A stretch of 64,000 nt of DNA from Takakia lepidozioides (lineage: Eukaryota; Plantae; Bryophyta), in assembly GCA_030704615.1 (NCBI GenBank), contig CM060732.1, forward strand, positions 39,680,001 through 39,744,000, given 5' to 3'. A model generated the notes under the pieces. That model ran no database searches, was not told the DNA's origin, and saw only the letters and a list, made by a program, of their open reading frames with translations. A program made the translations under genes and the position numbers. This document shows, one piece after another, positions 9,874-22,000 of this stretch; positions within the stretch are counted from its first letter, which is position 1, and each line of letters opens with the position of its first letter.

Positions 9874-12800
9874 ACACCCGAAGATTCTTGATGAGCCGGA
9901 GAGTCCTCCTAGGGGCCGTGCTGATCAGCCCAAAACCAATGGCCAGCTTCTCACTGTGGTGGCAAAGAGAAAATTCCTTTTGCTCCTCCCCCACATCATG
10001 CAATACAAAGCGTGTGTCAGGCACATACCCTGCCTCCTTCATCTGTCCAGACAATCTTCTCAGCTCAACATGGATTTCCTTAATTTTGGGATGCAATTTG
10101 TCATCTACAACGAAGGTGTGCACCCTGTTGCCAACCTCAATGCAGCAGTGACCTGGCTCCTTTCTAGCCCCTCTGACCTTCATCATTTTCCTCACCTTTG
10201 CACTATCATCCCACCTGCCAGCTGCGGCATAGATGTTTGATAGCAACACATAAGTCGCAGCATCCTGTTCATCCCACTTGAGAATAGATGTTGCTGCACG
10301 TTCAGCCATCTCCACATTGCCATGGATTCTGCAGGCACCAAGCAAGGCCTTCCACACCACAGCATCTGGTTTGATTGGCATTTTATTAATGAGGTCCTCT
10401 GCCTCATCCAATTGCCCTGCACGTCCAAGAAGGTCCACAATGCAGCCAAAGTGCTTTACTGTCGGAGTGACACCATGATCTTGACTCAGGGAATCAAAGT
10501 AGCGTCTTCCTTCATCCAGTAGGCCAACATGGCTGCACGCAGAGAGAATACATATAAAGGTGATACTGTCCGGCTTCAAGCCTTCCATTTGCATTCGTTC
10601 AAATAGTTGCAGGGCCTCCCTATGACAACCATGCTGGGCATATCCTGCGATCATCACGTTCCATGACACCACATCTCGTTCAGCCATACTATCGAACACT
10701 CCCTTCGCATCTTCAATGCTCCCACATTTGGCATACATGTCCACCAGGGCAGTGTTCAGAATGACATCTGGAACAATTCCAGCTTTGACGATGTCACCAT
10801 GGACCTCTTTGGCCTTATCCAGAGCTGCCATGCCTGCACACGCACTGCAAACACAAACAAACGTGATGTGGTCTGGCTTCACCCCTTCCTGCATCATTTG
10901 CTCATAGGTCTCCAAAGCCTCCATCCCGCGCCCCTGCTGTGCATATCCTGTGATCATCACGCTCCACGACACCACATCTTGTTCAGCCATATTGTCAAAC
11001 ACTCCCTTCGCATCTTCAATGCTCCCACATTTGGCATACATGTCCACCAGGGTATTATTCAAACTAACATCTGGTACAATTCCAGCTTTGACGATGTCAC
11101 CATGGACCTCTTTGGCCTTTTCCAGGGCTGCCAGGCTCGCACACGCATTGCAAATGCAAACGAACGTGACCTGGTTGGGCTTCACCCCTTCCTGCATCAT
11201 TTGCTCATAGGTCTCCAAAGCCTCCATCCCACACCCATGCTGGGCATATCCTGCAATCATTGCGTTCCACGACACCACATCTCGTTCAACCATATTGTCG
11301 AACACTCCCATCGCATCTTCGATGCTCCCACATTTGGCATACATGCTCATCAGAGCAGTGCTCAGAACGACATCTGGTACAATTCCAGCTTTGACAATGT
11401 CACCATGGACCTCTTTGGCCTTATCCAGCGCTGCCAGGCTTGCACACGCATTGCAAATGCAAACAAACGTGATGTGGTCGGGCTTCACCCCTTCCCCCAT
11501 CATTTGCTCATAGGTCTCCAAAGCCTCCATCCCGCACCCCTGCTGTGCATATCCTGCAATCATCGCGCTCCATGACACCACATCTCGTTCAGACATATTG
11601 TCAAACACTCCCTTTGCATCCTTGATGCTCCCACATTGGGCATACATGTTCATCAGAGCAGTGTTCAGAACAACATCTGGTACAATTCCAGCTTTGATGA
11701 TGTCACCATGGACCTCTTTGGCCTTCTCTGGTGCTGCCAAACTCGCACACGCATTGCAAACGGAAATAAATGTGATGTGGCTGGGCTTCACTCCTTCCCG
11801 CATCATTTGCTCATAGGTTTCCAAAGCCTCCATCCCACGCCCCTGCTGTGCATATCCTGCGATCATCGCGTTCCACGACACCACATCTCGTTCCGCCATA
11901 CTGTCGACGAACACTCCCTTTGCATCTTCAATGCTCCGGCATTTGGCATACATGTCCACCAGGGCAGTGTTCAGAATGACATCTGGTACAATTCCAGCTT
12001 TGACGATGTCACCATGGACCTCTTTGGCCTTTTCCAGGACTGCCAGGCTCGCACACGCATTGCAAATGCAAACAAATGTGATGCGGTTGGGCTTCACCCC
12101 TTCCCGCATCATTTGCTCATAGGTCTCCAAAGCCTCCATCCCGCACCCCTGCTGTGCATATCCTGTGATCATCGCGTTCCACGACACTACATTTCGTTCA
12201 GCCATATTGTCGAACACTCCCTTTGCATCTTCAATGCTCCGGCATTTGGCATACATGTCCACCAGGGCAGTGTTCAGAATGACATCTGGTACAATTCCAG
12301 CTTTGATGATGTCACCATGGATCTCTTTGGCCTTTTCCAGGGCTGCCAGGCTCGCACACGCATTGCAAACGGAAACAAACGTGATGTGGTTGGGCTTCAC
12401 CCCTTCCCGCATCATTTGCTCATATGTCTCCAAAGCACTACTACCACACCCATGCTTGGTAAATCCTGCCATCATTATGTTCCAAGTGATCAAACCTCGT
12501 TGAGGCATTCTGTCGAACACTTGGTGAGCATCCACGATGCTCCCACATTTAACATACATGTTGACAAGGGTATTTTGTAGAAAAACGTTTGGCTTGAATC
12601 CACTGTGGATAATGTGGGCGTGCACCTGCTTTCCAGCTTCCAGGCCTTTCAACTTGATGCACTTATGCAAGAGACAGACATAAGTATCTGAATCTGCTGA
12701 AATGCCTACTTGGTTTAAAGTCTGTAGAGCCTCTTTCAGTCGCCCTGCCTCACATAGCATCCTCACATGCCCAGAAGTGCGAGAAGAGGCATTGTGGACT

Positions 12801-12973
12801 CCCTCTCTTGGTCCTCTTTTGGAAGCTGTGGTCATGGTCGAGGTGCCTGATTTGATCAACTGTGCTGCTGCCGCTGCTGCTTCCAGTTGACCATCTACCC
12901 ATGCAGGTTTCTTGTAGCTATCGCCCCACAGGAAATCATAGGTAATCTTGTGCTTGAAATCTCTTGGATGAAT
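9749..12973 (-). CDS. PLS-class DYW PPR protein (DYW:PG type), C-to-U organellar RNA editing factor; main exon
   Basis: Uninterrupted frame: degenerate PDF half (IHPR--DFKHK...LW), L,S,(PLS)x6,P2,L2,S2,E1,E2, PG box, [25 protein letters not shown]. Acceptor gtccag at 12974 is shared with the paralog; first in-frame ATG is at 12835. Confidence 0.95.
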   Translation of the reverse strand: MHPRDFKHKITYDFLWGDSYKKPAWVDGQLEAAAAAAQLIKSGTSTMTTASKRGPREGVHNASSRTSGHVRMLCEAGRLKEALQTLNQVGISADSDTYVCLLHKCIKLKGLEAGKQVHAHIIHSGFKPNVFLQNTLVNMYVKCGSIVDAHQVFDRMPQRGLITWNIMMAGFTKHGCGSSALETYEQMMREGVKPNHITFVSVCNACASLAALEKAKEIHGDIIKAGIVPDVILNTALVDMYAKCRSIEDAKGVFDNMAERNVVSWNAMITGYAQQGCGMEALETYEQMMREGVKPNRITFVCICNACASLAVLEKAKEVHGDIVKAGIVPDVILNTALVDMYAKCRSIEDAKGVFVDSMAERDVVSWNAMIAGYAQQGRGMEALETYEQMMREGVKPSHITFISVCNACASLAAPEKAKEVHGDIIKAGIVPDVVLNTALMNMYAQCGSIKDAKGVFDNMSERDVVSWSAMIAGYAQQGCGMEALETYEQMMGEGVKPDHITFVCICNACASLAALDKAKEVHGDIVKAGIVPDVVLSTALMSMYAKCGSIEDAMGVFDNMVERDVVSWNAMIAGYAQHGCGMEALETYEQMMQEGVKPNQVTFVCICNACASLAALEKAKEVHGDIVKAGIVPDVSLNNTLVDMYAKCGSIEDAKGVFDNMAEQDVVSWSVMITGYAQQGRGMEALETYEQMMQEGVKPDHITFVCVCSACAGMAALDKAKEVHGDIVKAGIVPDVILNTALVDMYAKCGSIEDAKGVFDSMAERDVVSWNVMIAGYAQHGCHREALQLFERMQMEGLKPDSITFICILSACSHVGLLDEGRRYFDSLSQDHGVTPTVKHFGCIVDLLGRAGQLDEAEDLINKMPIKPDAVVWKALLGACRIHGNVEMAERAATSILKWDEQDAATYVLLSNIYAAAGRWDDSAKVRKMMKVRGARKEPGHCCIEVGNRVHTFVVDDKLHPKIKEIHVELRRLSGQMKEAGYVPDTRFVLHDVGEEQKEFSLCHHSEKLAIGFGLISTAPRRTLRLIKNLRVCGDCHTSTKFISKIVGRAIVVRDANRFHHFEDGVCSCGDYW

Positions 12974-13231
12974 CTGGACCCGCACTCTATCCCTGCTCCT
13001 TCAGCTATCCCTGCCTCTGCACAAATCATGCATGCATCCTTGCCTTGCTGCTAGCAGCTGACAATGACAGCCTAGATTTGTTCTATCAAGCACCCCAACC
13101 CTACTTATCACATACTAGTTCCTATGCTGAATTGCTCCCAAGAGTTAAAAAATGTGCTGGGCAGAGAGAGGATGACAATTTCCAACAAAGCTTTTGCTGT
13201 CTGCTTCTCTTTGTATCTAACAGGCATTCAC

Positions 13232-14205
13232 CTTTTTGCCTCGGTAGTCCCACCATTGACCGGGATCGGAAAAATATTCATTCCAAAGCTTCTCCTCGTC
13301 TCTGCTATCTATTTTTGGATACTTTCCTGTTGGCACATTGGCGGTAACATGTCAAAATCACTCCAAACCCCCATAGATCTACCCGACGAGCTTACCCGCA
13401 GATTTCAACATGAAAAATCAGGGACGACTATGATAAGAGGGCAAAACAGGCTGAAATAGGTTCAGGAAAGGTGGCCTCACCACATTGTCCTCGACCTTGT
13501 GTCATGATCCATGAAAGATTCAACCGACCATCAACCCAAAAGGACCTCTTATGTGTGCTGCTTGTGTGTGTAGTTAGGTGATCTCGGATTGGTATGTGAG
13601 AACCACCACGGTGCAGCTGAGCAGCCATAGATTGAAACACGGCCCCCTAAAACCAAGCTGACCCTCCCAAGTACCTTGTACACCCCAGGAAAAATACCAA
13701 ATCATGATACTAACAGGAAGAGCCCACATTTGCAGGATGGACAATTTTCTTCGCATCTTCTTCGCATCGTACATTAAGAAAGCCACACCTTGCGATTGCG
13801 GTTGTCCCCTCATTGTGAAGGATCTTTAAAAATCTCATGTCAGCGCTGCTCCATGCTTCACGGTAGACCTTGGTGCCCGAAAACCCGACAGCATCAATAT
13901 TTCGACAAGTTCCTTTACGGAGGGGTGCTAATGAGCTTTCAACAACATTCATGCAGGTCACTTTGGGCTCCATTGGACTCTACACAACGAGGAGCATGCG
14001 AACATGTCCAAAACTTCCACGGATGCTAAACCAGCTTATGTCTGTAGCGTCTGGAGATCTTGGAGTGGTATGAAAGCCTGCGCACATGGGCCCTTCGATC
14101 AGCCGTGACCACACACAGGGCCCTGATCCGCTTGGGTGAACGCTGCAGGATTTTTTCACCTTGCGCTGCGGTCGAAGAGCTCTTTCTCTCTTGCTCCACG
14201 GCAGG
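13232..14205 (-). pseudogene. Upstream PDF-motif exons of the - PPR gene, mostly decayed
   Basis: 13232-13326 is an open exon (DEEKLWNEYFSDPGQWWDYRGKK|gt). 13481-13593 has acceptor AG changed to AT plus TAA and a frameshift. 13789-13868 has three TGG-to-TGA stops. ~14034-14200 holds remnants (TTPRSPD..YRHK) of the first PDF. Confidence 0.75.
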
Positions 14206-14629
14206 ACCCACAAAGCAGCTCCCGTCCAGAAAGTGAATCGCGTGTTGATCGGAGGCCTCATTCTGTCATGGATGCTTGACGTTAGCTGCCCAGCATTTAG
14301 ATCCCAACAGGGCTCAGCCTCAACATTTTTGAAGTTGGTGAACAAAGGGGATAATGTTCTTGATGTTAGTAAGATGATGTAATGATGATGTGTCTGTAGG
14401 ATGGACACTTCAGCTCTATTCCTTCTCCCTATTTTCGACTTTGTCAGGAAGTACTCCTACCTAGTCTTGATTCCTCTTCCCTGTTTTCTGTAATGTTGGT
14501 TCTGAGTGGTACCTCTGTAATCTGCCTTATGGCTCTCTCTAAGGTTATTTTTTCTTTCCCTCTTCTTCAATAAAATTTTCAGGGCTACAATCCCCCTGTT
14601 ATATATTTTAAAAAAACAATTAAAAAAAT

Positions 14630-17391
14630 GATGTAACCCTGTAAGACTTTACTTGCAACATGTACAATGGGGTGGGGGTTGGGTGGGGGTTGGGGTGGGG
14701 GGGGGGGGGAAAGGAACAAGAAACAAGAGAAGAAACAAAAAGCTATAATAAGCTACTCAACCAAAGAAGAAAATAAAGCTATAATATGCTATTCAACCAA
14801 CAAAAGCAATACCGTCCATGGACAACAGATTAGGCGATAATTATTTCAAAATAAAAGTGCCTAACGAATTCTGTGAATTTTTCAGATTTAAACCTAATTT
14901 CGGGAAATTATGGGTCCAAAGTGCCTAATGCCCAAAATTTCCACAAAAAACTTGCAAGCCTTTCTCATGTTGTTTGTAATAACAAAAATCAATACAAATA
15001 TATGCGTGCGGAAATAACTTCCTACAAATCGCAATCTATTTGCGAGAGCTCCATGTAACTTCGAAAGGCCCTTGCATGGACTCGACAATGTCATCATACT
15101 CATCATCCTCGCTAATCATCATCATCTCTCCATCTACTTCCTCCACCACATTGAGATCGAGGATATCCTCATTTTCAATGTGCAGATTTGCAAGACATCT
15201 TTAGGGCATTTTTAGGGTTTGAAGGAAATGAAAGGTAGCTGGAGCTTGGAAGGGCCCGCATTGGGTGTCTATTTTTGTAATTTTTTTCTTAAGAAAATAG
15301 ATGTTTTCTCTTATCATGTGCCTAATTCTAAAAAATTGTAGCATGCAATGCCTAATTTGAGAATATGTTTTAATTTTTTGATTGATTGATTTTGGATTTA
15401 GGCGCAAAAATGCCTAGACTGTTGTCAAGGTACGATAGTAAGCTACTCAACTAGAACGACCCTCCCAGCCAACAACTCGGAAGAGATCAAGCAAGGAGAT
15501 AAGCAAAGTGTCAGGCATAGGCGAAAGATGAGATGACGGAGCTAGCCACATCAGCCCGATGCAAAATAGATATGGCTTGTGCTCTCTGCAAAGCAACTGA
15601 AACACGTTGTCGATAGTAGGCAACAAGGATGGAGGCATGCGGGATGCCAATGGACCCGCTCTTGGCTGCATGATGTGTACATGTCCGCAGGAAATCGTCA
15701 AAGTGCCTACGCAATGAGCCAAATATCTCGACCGCCAGCGGAATAAATCTGTCAGTGGGGTGACGATCGATGTAGTCGCGCTCCTTGGCCTAAGCTGCTA
15801 CAGTGGCTGTCGTGCCTAGTGTGGTAGCCGCGCGAGATAGCAGATCCACTCGAGTAGGGTCGGCGAGAACGACATCCGCTACGGTACGCAAACCATCTCT
15901 AGAGATGATGATGTCAACACAACGGCGTGTAGAATGGAACGTGAGCGTGGGTTGTAGATGAGGTTGCTCACGCAGTACATGATACCCTGCCTCCCGAGCA
16001 ATAGATGTCACCGCATCGCAAACCACATCATAAGACGCAGTGCGCTCGTCATCACATGGGCAGCGGAGGGCGGATGGCAAGGTCATCGATGGGCTGACGA
16101 CAGACGCACCACTGAAGACCCAATGACGAAGGATGAGGCAAACCGAGTCGAAGGCGGAGTGCAGTTTTGAAAATAGGGGATGAGAGGCAAAAATGTGTGA
16201 TGGTGGGTTGTATTGCCAACCATGCCCCTGCTCCGGGTTTTGCATATGATAGATTAGAAGTCGAGCCTGATGCAACTCAGAAGCAACACTTGAGAGCATG
16301 CAGGAAAAGGAATGACGATGCACGCGCTTGGAAATGGACTCATGAAGATGGTCGAGGCCTTGAGCAACCAGCTGCTCAAATGGTGGTAGACATGCTCACG
16401 CTGGTGCCGGAAGAAGATCTCGTGCAGAGCGGAGATGTTGCTGGAAGGGTAAAATGCCACTGTCGACATGCGCAACGGCGTCCATAAGGATGGAACGATG
16501 GTCACAGAGAAATCGTGAAGCAAGGGCTGGCACAGCCAACGCCCAATTGCCGAGGAAGGCTGACGGGGCTGTAGTCACAATGGACAAAAGACCCACACCA
16601 CCGGAAGAGATGGGCAGGGTGGCTTGCTGTCGTGGCAAAAGTCCCTGAGCACCCTCCAGAGCTCATGGTGATCCTAACAATCTCCCGAAAATAGTCATCA
16701 TGGTAGTATCAAACCCAGATAAGAGGTGTAGGAAATCTGGGCTGGGTGGAACAGTGCGCAAGAGATATGAGGGATGCTGAAGGAAACATTTGGTCAAGAT
16801 TCCATATGCTACCTGCACATCTCTTAGCCTAGGAAGGAGATCGGCGTGAGTGGCATCCTGGTGGAGTGCATCTTCCAAGAAAGACGTTGTGAACTGGGTG
16901 GCCAAAAGGGACTCCCAAGATTCTGATGCCATTGGGCGGAGCAATGAAGTGAGCAGGGGGGACAAAATCTGCAGGGAGACCGGACGGAGACTTGCACACC
17001 GCGCATTTGCGAGGTTGCACTGAAAGGCCCACGGCACAGAGTTGGGTGACAAAATGATGGTAAACTAGAAGGATTTGTGAGGCAGGCCTACGATGTGCGT
17101 GTCGTTTGCCACCAACGGAAAAAGACAAGATGAGTGTACTTGCGCAGAAGGGTGCGGACGTGAGCCATGGCAAACAAAGGTCCTCCTAAAGGGTCGCCTT
17201 GGCGGGTCCCAACCTCGGACTGAATGATGGAGCACTCACCTAGGCGAGAATGATGACTGTAGTAGAGGGGAGTTGTGGATGCATAGAATAATCGAACAAA
17301 CGGAATGAGCTGGTGGAAGTCTCCCCCAGCTGAACAGAGCTCCTGAAAGATAACCGCCCATGACACAGTATTGAAAGCATTGGTGACGTCG
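14630..17391 (-). mobile_element. 5'-truncated CRE-like non-LTR retrotransposon (RT + Zn-knuckle remnant + restriction-like endonuclease), degenerate
   Basis: Minus-strand motifs DVTNAFNTVS, GTRQGDPLGGPLF, GIRILGVPFG, LPISSGGVGL, then RRCVDIIISRDGLRTVADV..ADP and FIPLAVEIFG (RLE); no APE; many frameshifts. The 3' boundary is approximate. Confidence 0.8.
14811..15436. mobile_element. Non-autonomous DNA transposon remnant (hAT-like) inserted in the CRE 3' region
   Basis: Imperfect 25-bp terminal inverted repeats (ACCGTCCATGGACAACAGATTAGGC vs revcomp ATCGTACCTTGACAACAGTCTAGGC, 19/25), internal GCCTAA/TTAGGC motifs and an acidic coding remnant on the minus strand; no clear TSD. Confidence 0.45.
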
Positions 17392-17459
17392 AGGGTTGCT
17401 TTCTAGTGAGAATATCCCGGTTAGTGTATCAGAAAGTGGATCTATTGTCTTCAAGCTAA

Positions 17460-17462
<3 letters not shown>

Positions 17463-17540
<78 letters not shown>
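17463..17540. repeat. (GA)39 microsatellite
   Basis: Direct read. Confidence 0.99.
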
Positions 17541-17544
<4 letters not shown>

Positions 17545-17968
17545 CCGTTATTATGTTCAAAAGGTGAGAGACAATTTTTTCCTTGACTGACACTATACAT
17601 ATCCATGAAATGTTCAGCGAGAATGTTATGGATACAGTCATCCATTTTGCAGCTGTGGCTTAGAGAGAGTATGGCTTAGCCCTTTTGGTGAGTTTATCAG
17701 TTCTGTATCATCCTAGTATGTTCGCTAGTCCTTGCCATAGTTCCATTCTATCACTCTGCTAAGCATATGGGTTTGTCACAGGAGATTGGAATGTTGACCT
17801 CTCTGGTTTGGCATTGCACAGCACTAATCCTTGAAATGAGATACATGACAACTAATCATGATGCATCAGTGGTCCCTCATCACTAGTGTCTGCCCAAAAT
17901 TAATCTAATATAGATTTAGTTCGGCATAAGTAGAAATTTCTTACAGAGTCGTTGAGGTTGTAAGCTTG

Positions 17969-19059
17969 TGTTAGAGGACTGTAGGGGACTTAGACACTTA
18001 TACGGGATCTGTAGGGTACCCTTAATTTTTGCACAGACTGAGACAAACAGGAACCTTAGGGGTGACAGCAGCGCACTGTAGAGGGGGGTTACATAGCCCA
18101 CACAGCCGACACAGCAGTCACAGCCCACACAGCCCACACAGCCAACACAGCCCGTCACAGTCGTCACAACCCACACAGCCACACAGCCCGTCACAGTCGT
18201 CACAGCCCACACAGCCGACACAGCCGTCACAGCCCACACAGCCACACACAGCCCGTCACAGTCGTCACAGCCCACACAGCCAACACAGCCCGTCACAGTC
18301 GTCACAGCCCACACAGCCCACACAGCCCGTCACAGTCGTCACAGCAGACACAGCCCACACAGCCCAGTCACAGCCCGGCACAGCCACACAGCCAGTCACA
18401 ACCGACACAGCCAAACACAGCCAGTCACCGCTTGACACAGCTGTCACGATAATAGGAACGAAGAGTAGGACAGGGAACGACTGTGGGGAACAACACCAGT
18501 GAAGGGAACATGTTAGTTCACATACGACGGTTAGAGAGGGAAACGGTTAGAACCGCGGATAGGAGGATAAAGGGAAGAACGGGGAATAGGAAGAGATCAT
18601 TATTCGGGGAGGACTTCGGAGACAGGCGGGAGCGGAGATCGGAGAGCACGATGAAGGAGAAAAGAGGATTAGTAGATGCTTGTCATATGCAAAGCTAGAG
18701 TGATATTGTAGAGCAGATAGAGACATAATGGCTTCGGCCTGATACCTGATAAATCATAATCTGATACTTATACGATACAATCACACTGTGTAGAGAGATC
18801 TGAGTGAAGCTGTGGATTGAATGGAGGAGTTAAGGAAACCGATAAATTGATGAAGCAAACTGATACTTAATTATCAATGGTAAGGTAGCTAAGATGAATG
18901 CGGAAAAGGAAACAAATAGGAAACACCCCCATGATACACTAGCTGTAGGTCATGACTGATTGTTCTGCGCGGGCTGAGTACTTAGAGATTTCCAACTCTT
19001 CTATCTTGGAGTTTCCGCCTCGGATAGCGAAGGGATGGGTGAGTAAAAGCCGCGCGACA
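17969..19059 (+). repeat. 5' LTR of copy 1 with internal (CACAGC/GTCACAG)-based tandem array ~18090-18450
   Basis: Begins TGTTAGAGG, ends CGCGACA immediately before the PBS; homologous to 25078-26176 and 37436-38459 (revcomp). Confidence 0.93.
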
Positions 19060-19061
19060 TT

Positions 19062-19079
19062 TGGCGACCATACTGGGGA
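19062..19079 (+). promoter_or_regulatory. Primer binding site (probably tRNA-Arg)
   Basis: TGGCGACCATACTGGGGA 2 nt after the LTR, identical in all three copies; complementary to a ...GGTCG-CCA tRNA 3' end. The tRNA identity is inferred from memory of plant tRNA-Arg(UCG). Confidence 0.75.
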
Positions 19080-22000
19080 CCTGGGACATGAACAACCAGA
19101 TGTGACAGGCATCTGGTGGGATCATGGTGGTTGGACCATTAAAGAATTTGAAGTGAATCAAATTCCCTGTGGAACGAAGGAGAAAGATTGTCCAAACAAT
19201 TCTTTCAAAGGTTCTTGGAATTGCCAGACGGATGTAAAGAAAATATTCTTAAACGAGTGCATGATGCTGATCCAGAATGGGGTCTGGAGAAGGAGTGATA
19301 AAGATTTATCAGGTAGCCTGTAGAGGAAGAGCACGTTGGTTACCAACATTAGTTTATGTGATAGCGTTGCTATCCATTAAACGAGTAGAGTTTGAAGGTT
19401 GGAAGAAAGAAAGGTGAATGTTTATACTCATATGCATGAAGAGCTTGTACTGGTAAAGAATTGGATTCCAAAGGATATTTTGTGGATCAAACTCACACCA
19501 AGAACAGCTTTTCAGACTTGTTTGCCATATGGTTATATGGTAACGGAGACTTCAAGTATAGCCAAGGGTGCATTGAAGCTTGAAAGAATCCAGGCATATA
19601 CGAGCATATACGAGAGATATAGAGAGAGAGTTTTGGTTATTGCCACATTAAAAGAAATGAAAGACATGGGACATGAGTGATGAAAGAGAAGCTAGACGAC
19701 AAAGATATTCATCAAAAAGAGAAAGCTATCTGAAAGCTAATTATCCATATCTTTGGGAGAGAGGAATAGACATAGGGGAATCATCTGGACCTCTCACACC
19801 ATCAAGATCAAAAAGTGCATCACCTATACCGGAAGAACTAGAGTTGGATGCCACTCCTTCTGTTTCTTTGCAAGAAAGATTAAGGGAATTGGTACAGGAA
19901 GAAGATCAATCACGAGGTGAAAGATCTGAGGTACATCCTTGGATAAAAGACTTGACAGAAATCTTTGATAAGAGTTGGCATGGAACACCAAAAGCAGGAA
20001 CTCCAGTTTCTGAAGCAGAAGATGAAGAAGGAGATGAGGATGTGGCAGAGCCAACGGAGAGTACAGACTCTCCAACACCATTACAGTTGAGTTACATGAG
20101 TGAAGAAGAAACCCAAGGGCAGAACTTGGAGGATGAAAACAGAGAGAAGAAATTGAAGAGGAAGAATATGAAGAAGTAGACCCAACAGCTGAGGTTGAGA
20201 CTACAACCAGGACATCCCAACCCGTTGGACCTGGATCAAGTGGAGCACTTGGATCACAGGCCAACGAAGGTGTCGGCTCAGGGGGATCAGGCGGGCTGCC
20301 TGGATCTGGCTCTGGGGGGACAGGGAGTGTGGGAAGTAGTGCAACTGAAGCTGGGAATACTGTGAATATCGTGGGGCCAGAAGCAGGGAGTGCTCAAGGG
20401 CCACCACTGGTGGAAGATCCACCACAAAACAACAGGTCCAGAAGGACCAGCACCAGCAAGGGTGCCAGCACCTGTCAGTGGGCAGAAGGTAGGGCACAGA
20501 TGGCGTTACAACCAACACGGGCAAAACCACCCTTTCCAATATATTCAGGAAAAGGGGATCCCGATGTACACATTAGCCAATTTGAGCACATGTGTATAGT
20601 GAACAATGAGAATGGCGATGATGCCAAGATGAGACTGTTTCCTTGTTCACTTATCAAGAAAGCAAGTGAATGGTATGCAAGATTCCCTGATAATCATTTC
20701 CTAACCTGGAATGGCTTGAATACAGCATTTCGAAATAGGTTCAGGACAAGTAAAACTGAGGATGAAGTGTATGGAAGTTTACAACAGCTGAAGCAGAAGA
20801 AGCATGAAACTGTTGAAGAGTATATGGAGAAGATGGAATGATGATGAAAAAGCTGGCTGCAGTACCAGCACCCGGTTTACAGAAGACTTGGTTTGTGAGT
20901 GGACTAAGACCAGAGTTGCAGAAGAAAGTGGATATGTTACCCCATAATACAGTGGAGGAGGCATTTGAAACTGCAAACAGAATTGAGCAATTGGGAATGC
21001 TCAGGAGAGAAAAAAAGGAAGATGAGGACTCTGAAGATGAGTCAGATGAAGAAGAAGAGCAAGAACTAAAAAGAAGAGTAAGAGAAAGGAAAAGTTGAAG
21101 AAGGATAACTATGAGAAAAGATTGGAAGAAATCTTGAAGAAGTATGCCACAGAGGCTGCAACACATTGGAGGAAGGGTGTATGGTGTGCAAAGTGCCAGA
21201 ATGAAGGCCATACCACTACAGAATGCCACATGAAGGAGAAACACTGTACTATCTGTAAAATGGATAACCATTCTACTGAGAATTGTTACTACAACAGAAG
21301 GACAGCTGCAAGAGAACCTAGGCAAGTGAGGGTGCATCAGGTGCAGCCCCAGCCAAGAAGAAGCAATGATCAGGACCACTATGGTAGGTCTGGTGGCTAT
21401 AACAATGGCATGGAAGGGAGAGGTAATTCAAGAGGGAATTACCAAGGAAATTCCAGAGGCAACTATCAGGGTAATCCAAGGGGGAATTACCAGCCGGGAA
21501 TCAGGATTATAGAAATAATCCAAGACCAGACCAAGGGCGAGGACCCAATGGTGAAGAGCTATGTTACTATTGTAATCAGCCAGGACATCGCAAGGCAGCC
21601 TGTTCATTCTGGATAAGACACCAGAATGAGATGAGAGCTCCTGTGAAATGAGGGCCCAGTGGTGGCAGCTCACATGGTTAGGCCATGTGTTGTACCAGAA
21701 GTAAGTACAATGATAGTAACAAGAAGTAAAGCCAAACTAATACCTCCAGTAGAAGAGGAAGAAGATGAGACTGGAAGTGGCAATGATATGCCTGAAGATG
21801 AAGAGACTTGGAAGGATGAGAAGGAACTGCACAAGGAAGTGGCAGATACTATAAGGGAAATGCAAAAGAGTACGGATATTCCTGTGGCAGATTCCTCTGA
21901 TTCGGATGGAGAAAAAAGGGGAGTGAGGAAGAAAGGAAAAAAGAAGATGCAGACATGCAAAGTAATGAAGAGACTTTGGCTGAAGTAATATGTCAGACCA

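Noticed and set aside
9749-10160. Possible U-to-C (DYW:KP/GRP) type editing domain
   Set aside because: Has a PG box, HSEKLA and terminal DYW, i.e. the canonical C-to-U type.
10799-12580. Long His-rich + strand ORFs (258 and 314 aa) and similar antisense ORFs over both PPR genes
   Set aside because: Shadow frames of the repeated PPR codons; no independent coding evidence.
14440-14620. Possible + strand LINE 3' tail (AATAAA then A-rich)
   Set aside because: No coding remnant or TSD could be identified.
17916-18502. Cys/Val- or Ser/Gln/Thr-rich ORFs here and at 25691-26247, 30466-30862, 38040-38746
   Set aside because: Translations of LTR or internal tandem arrays.
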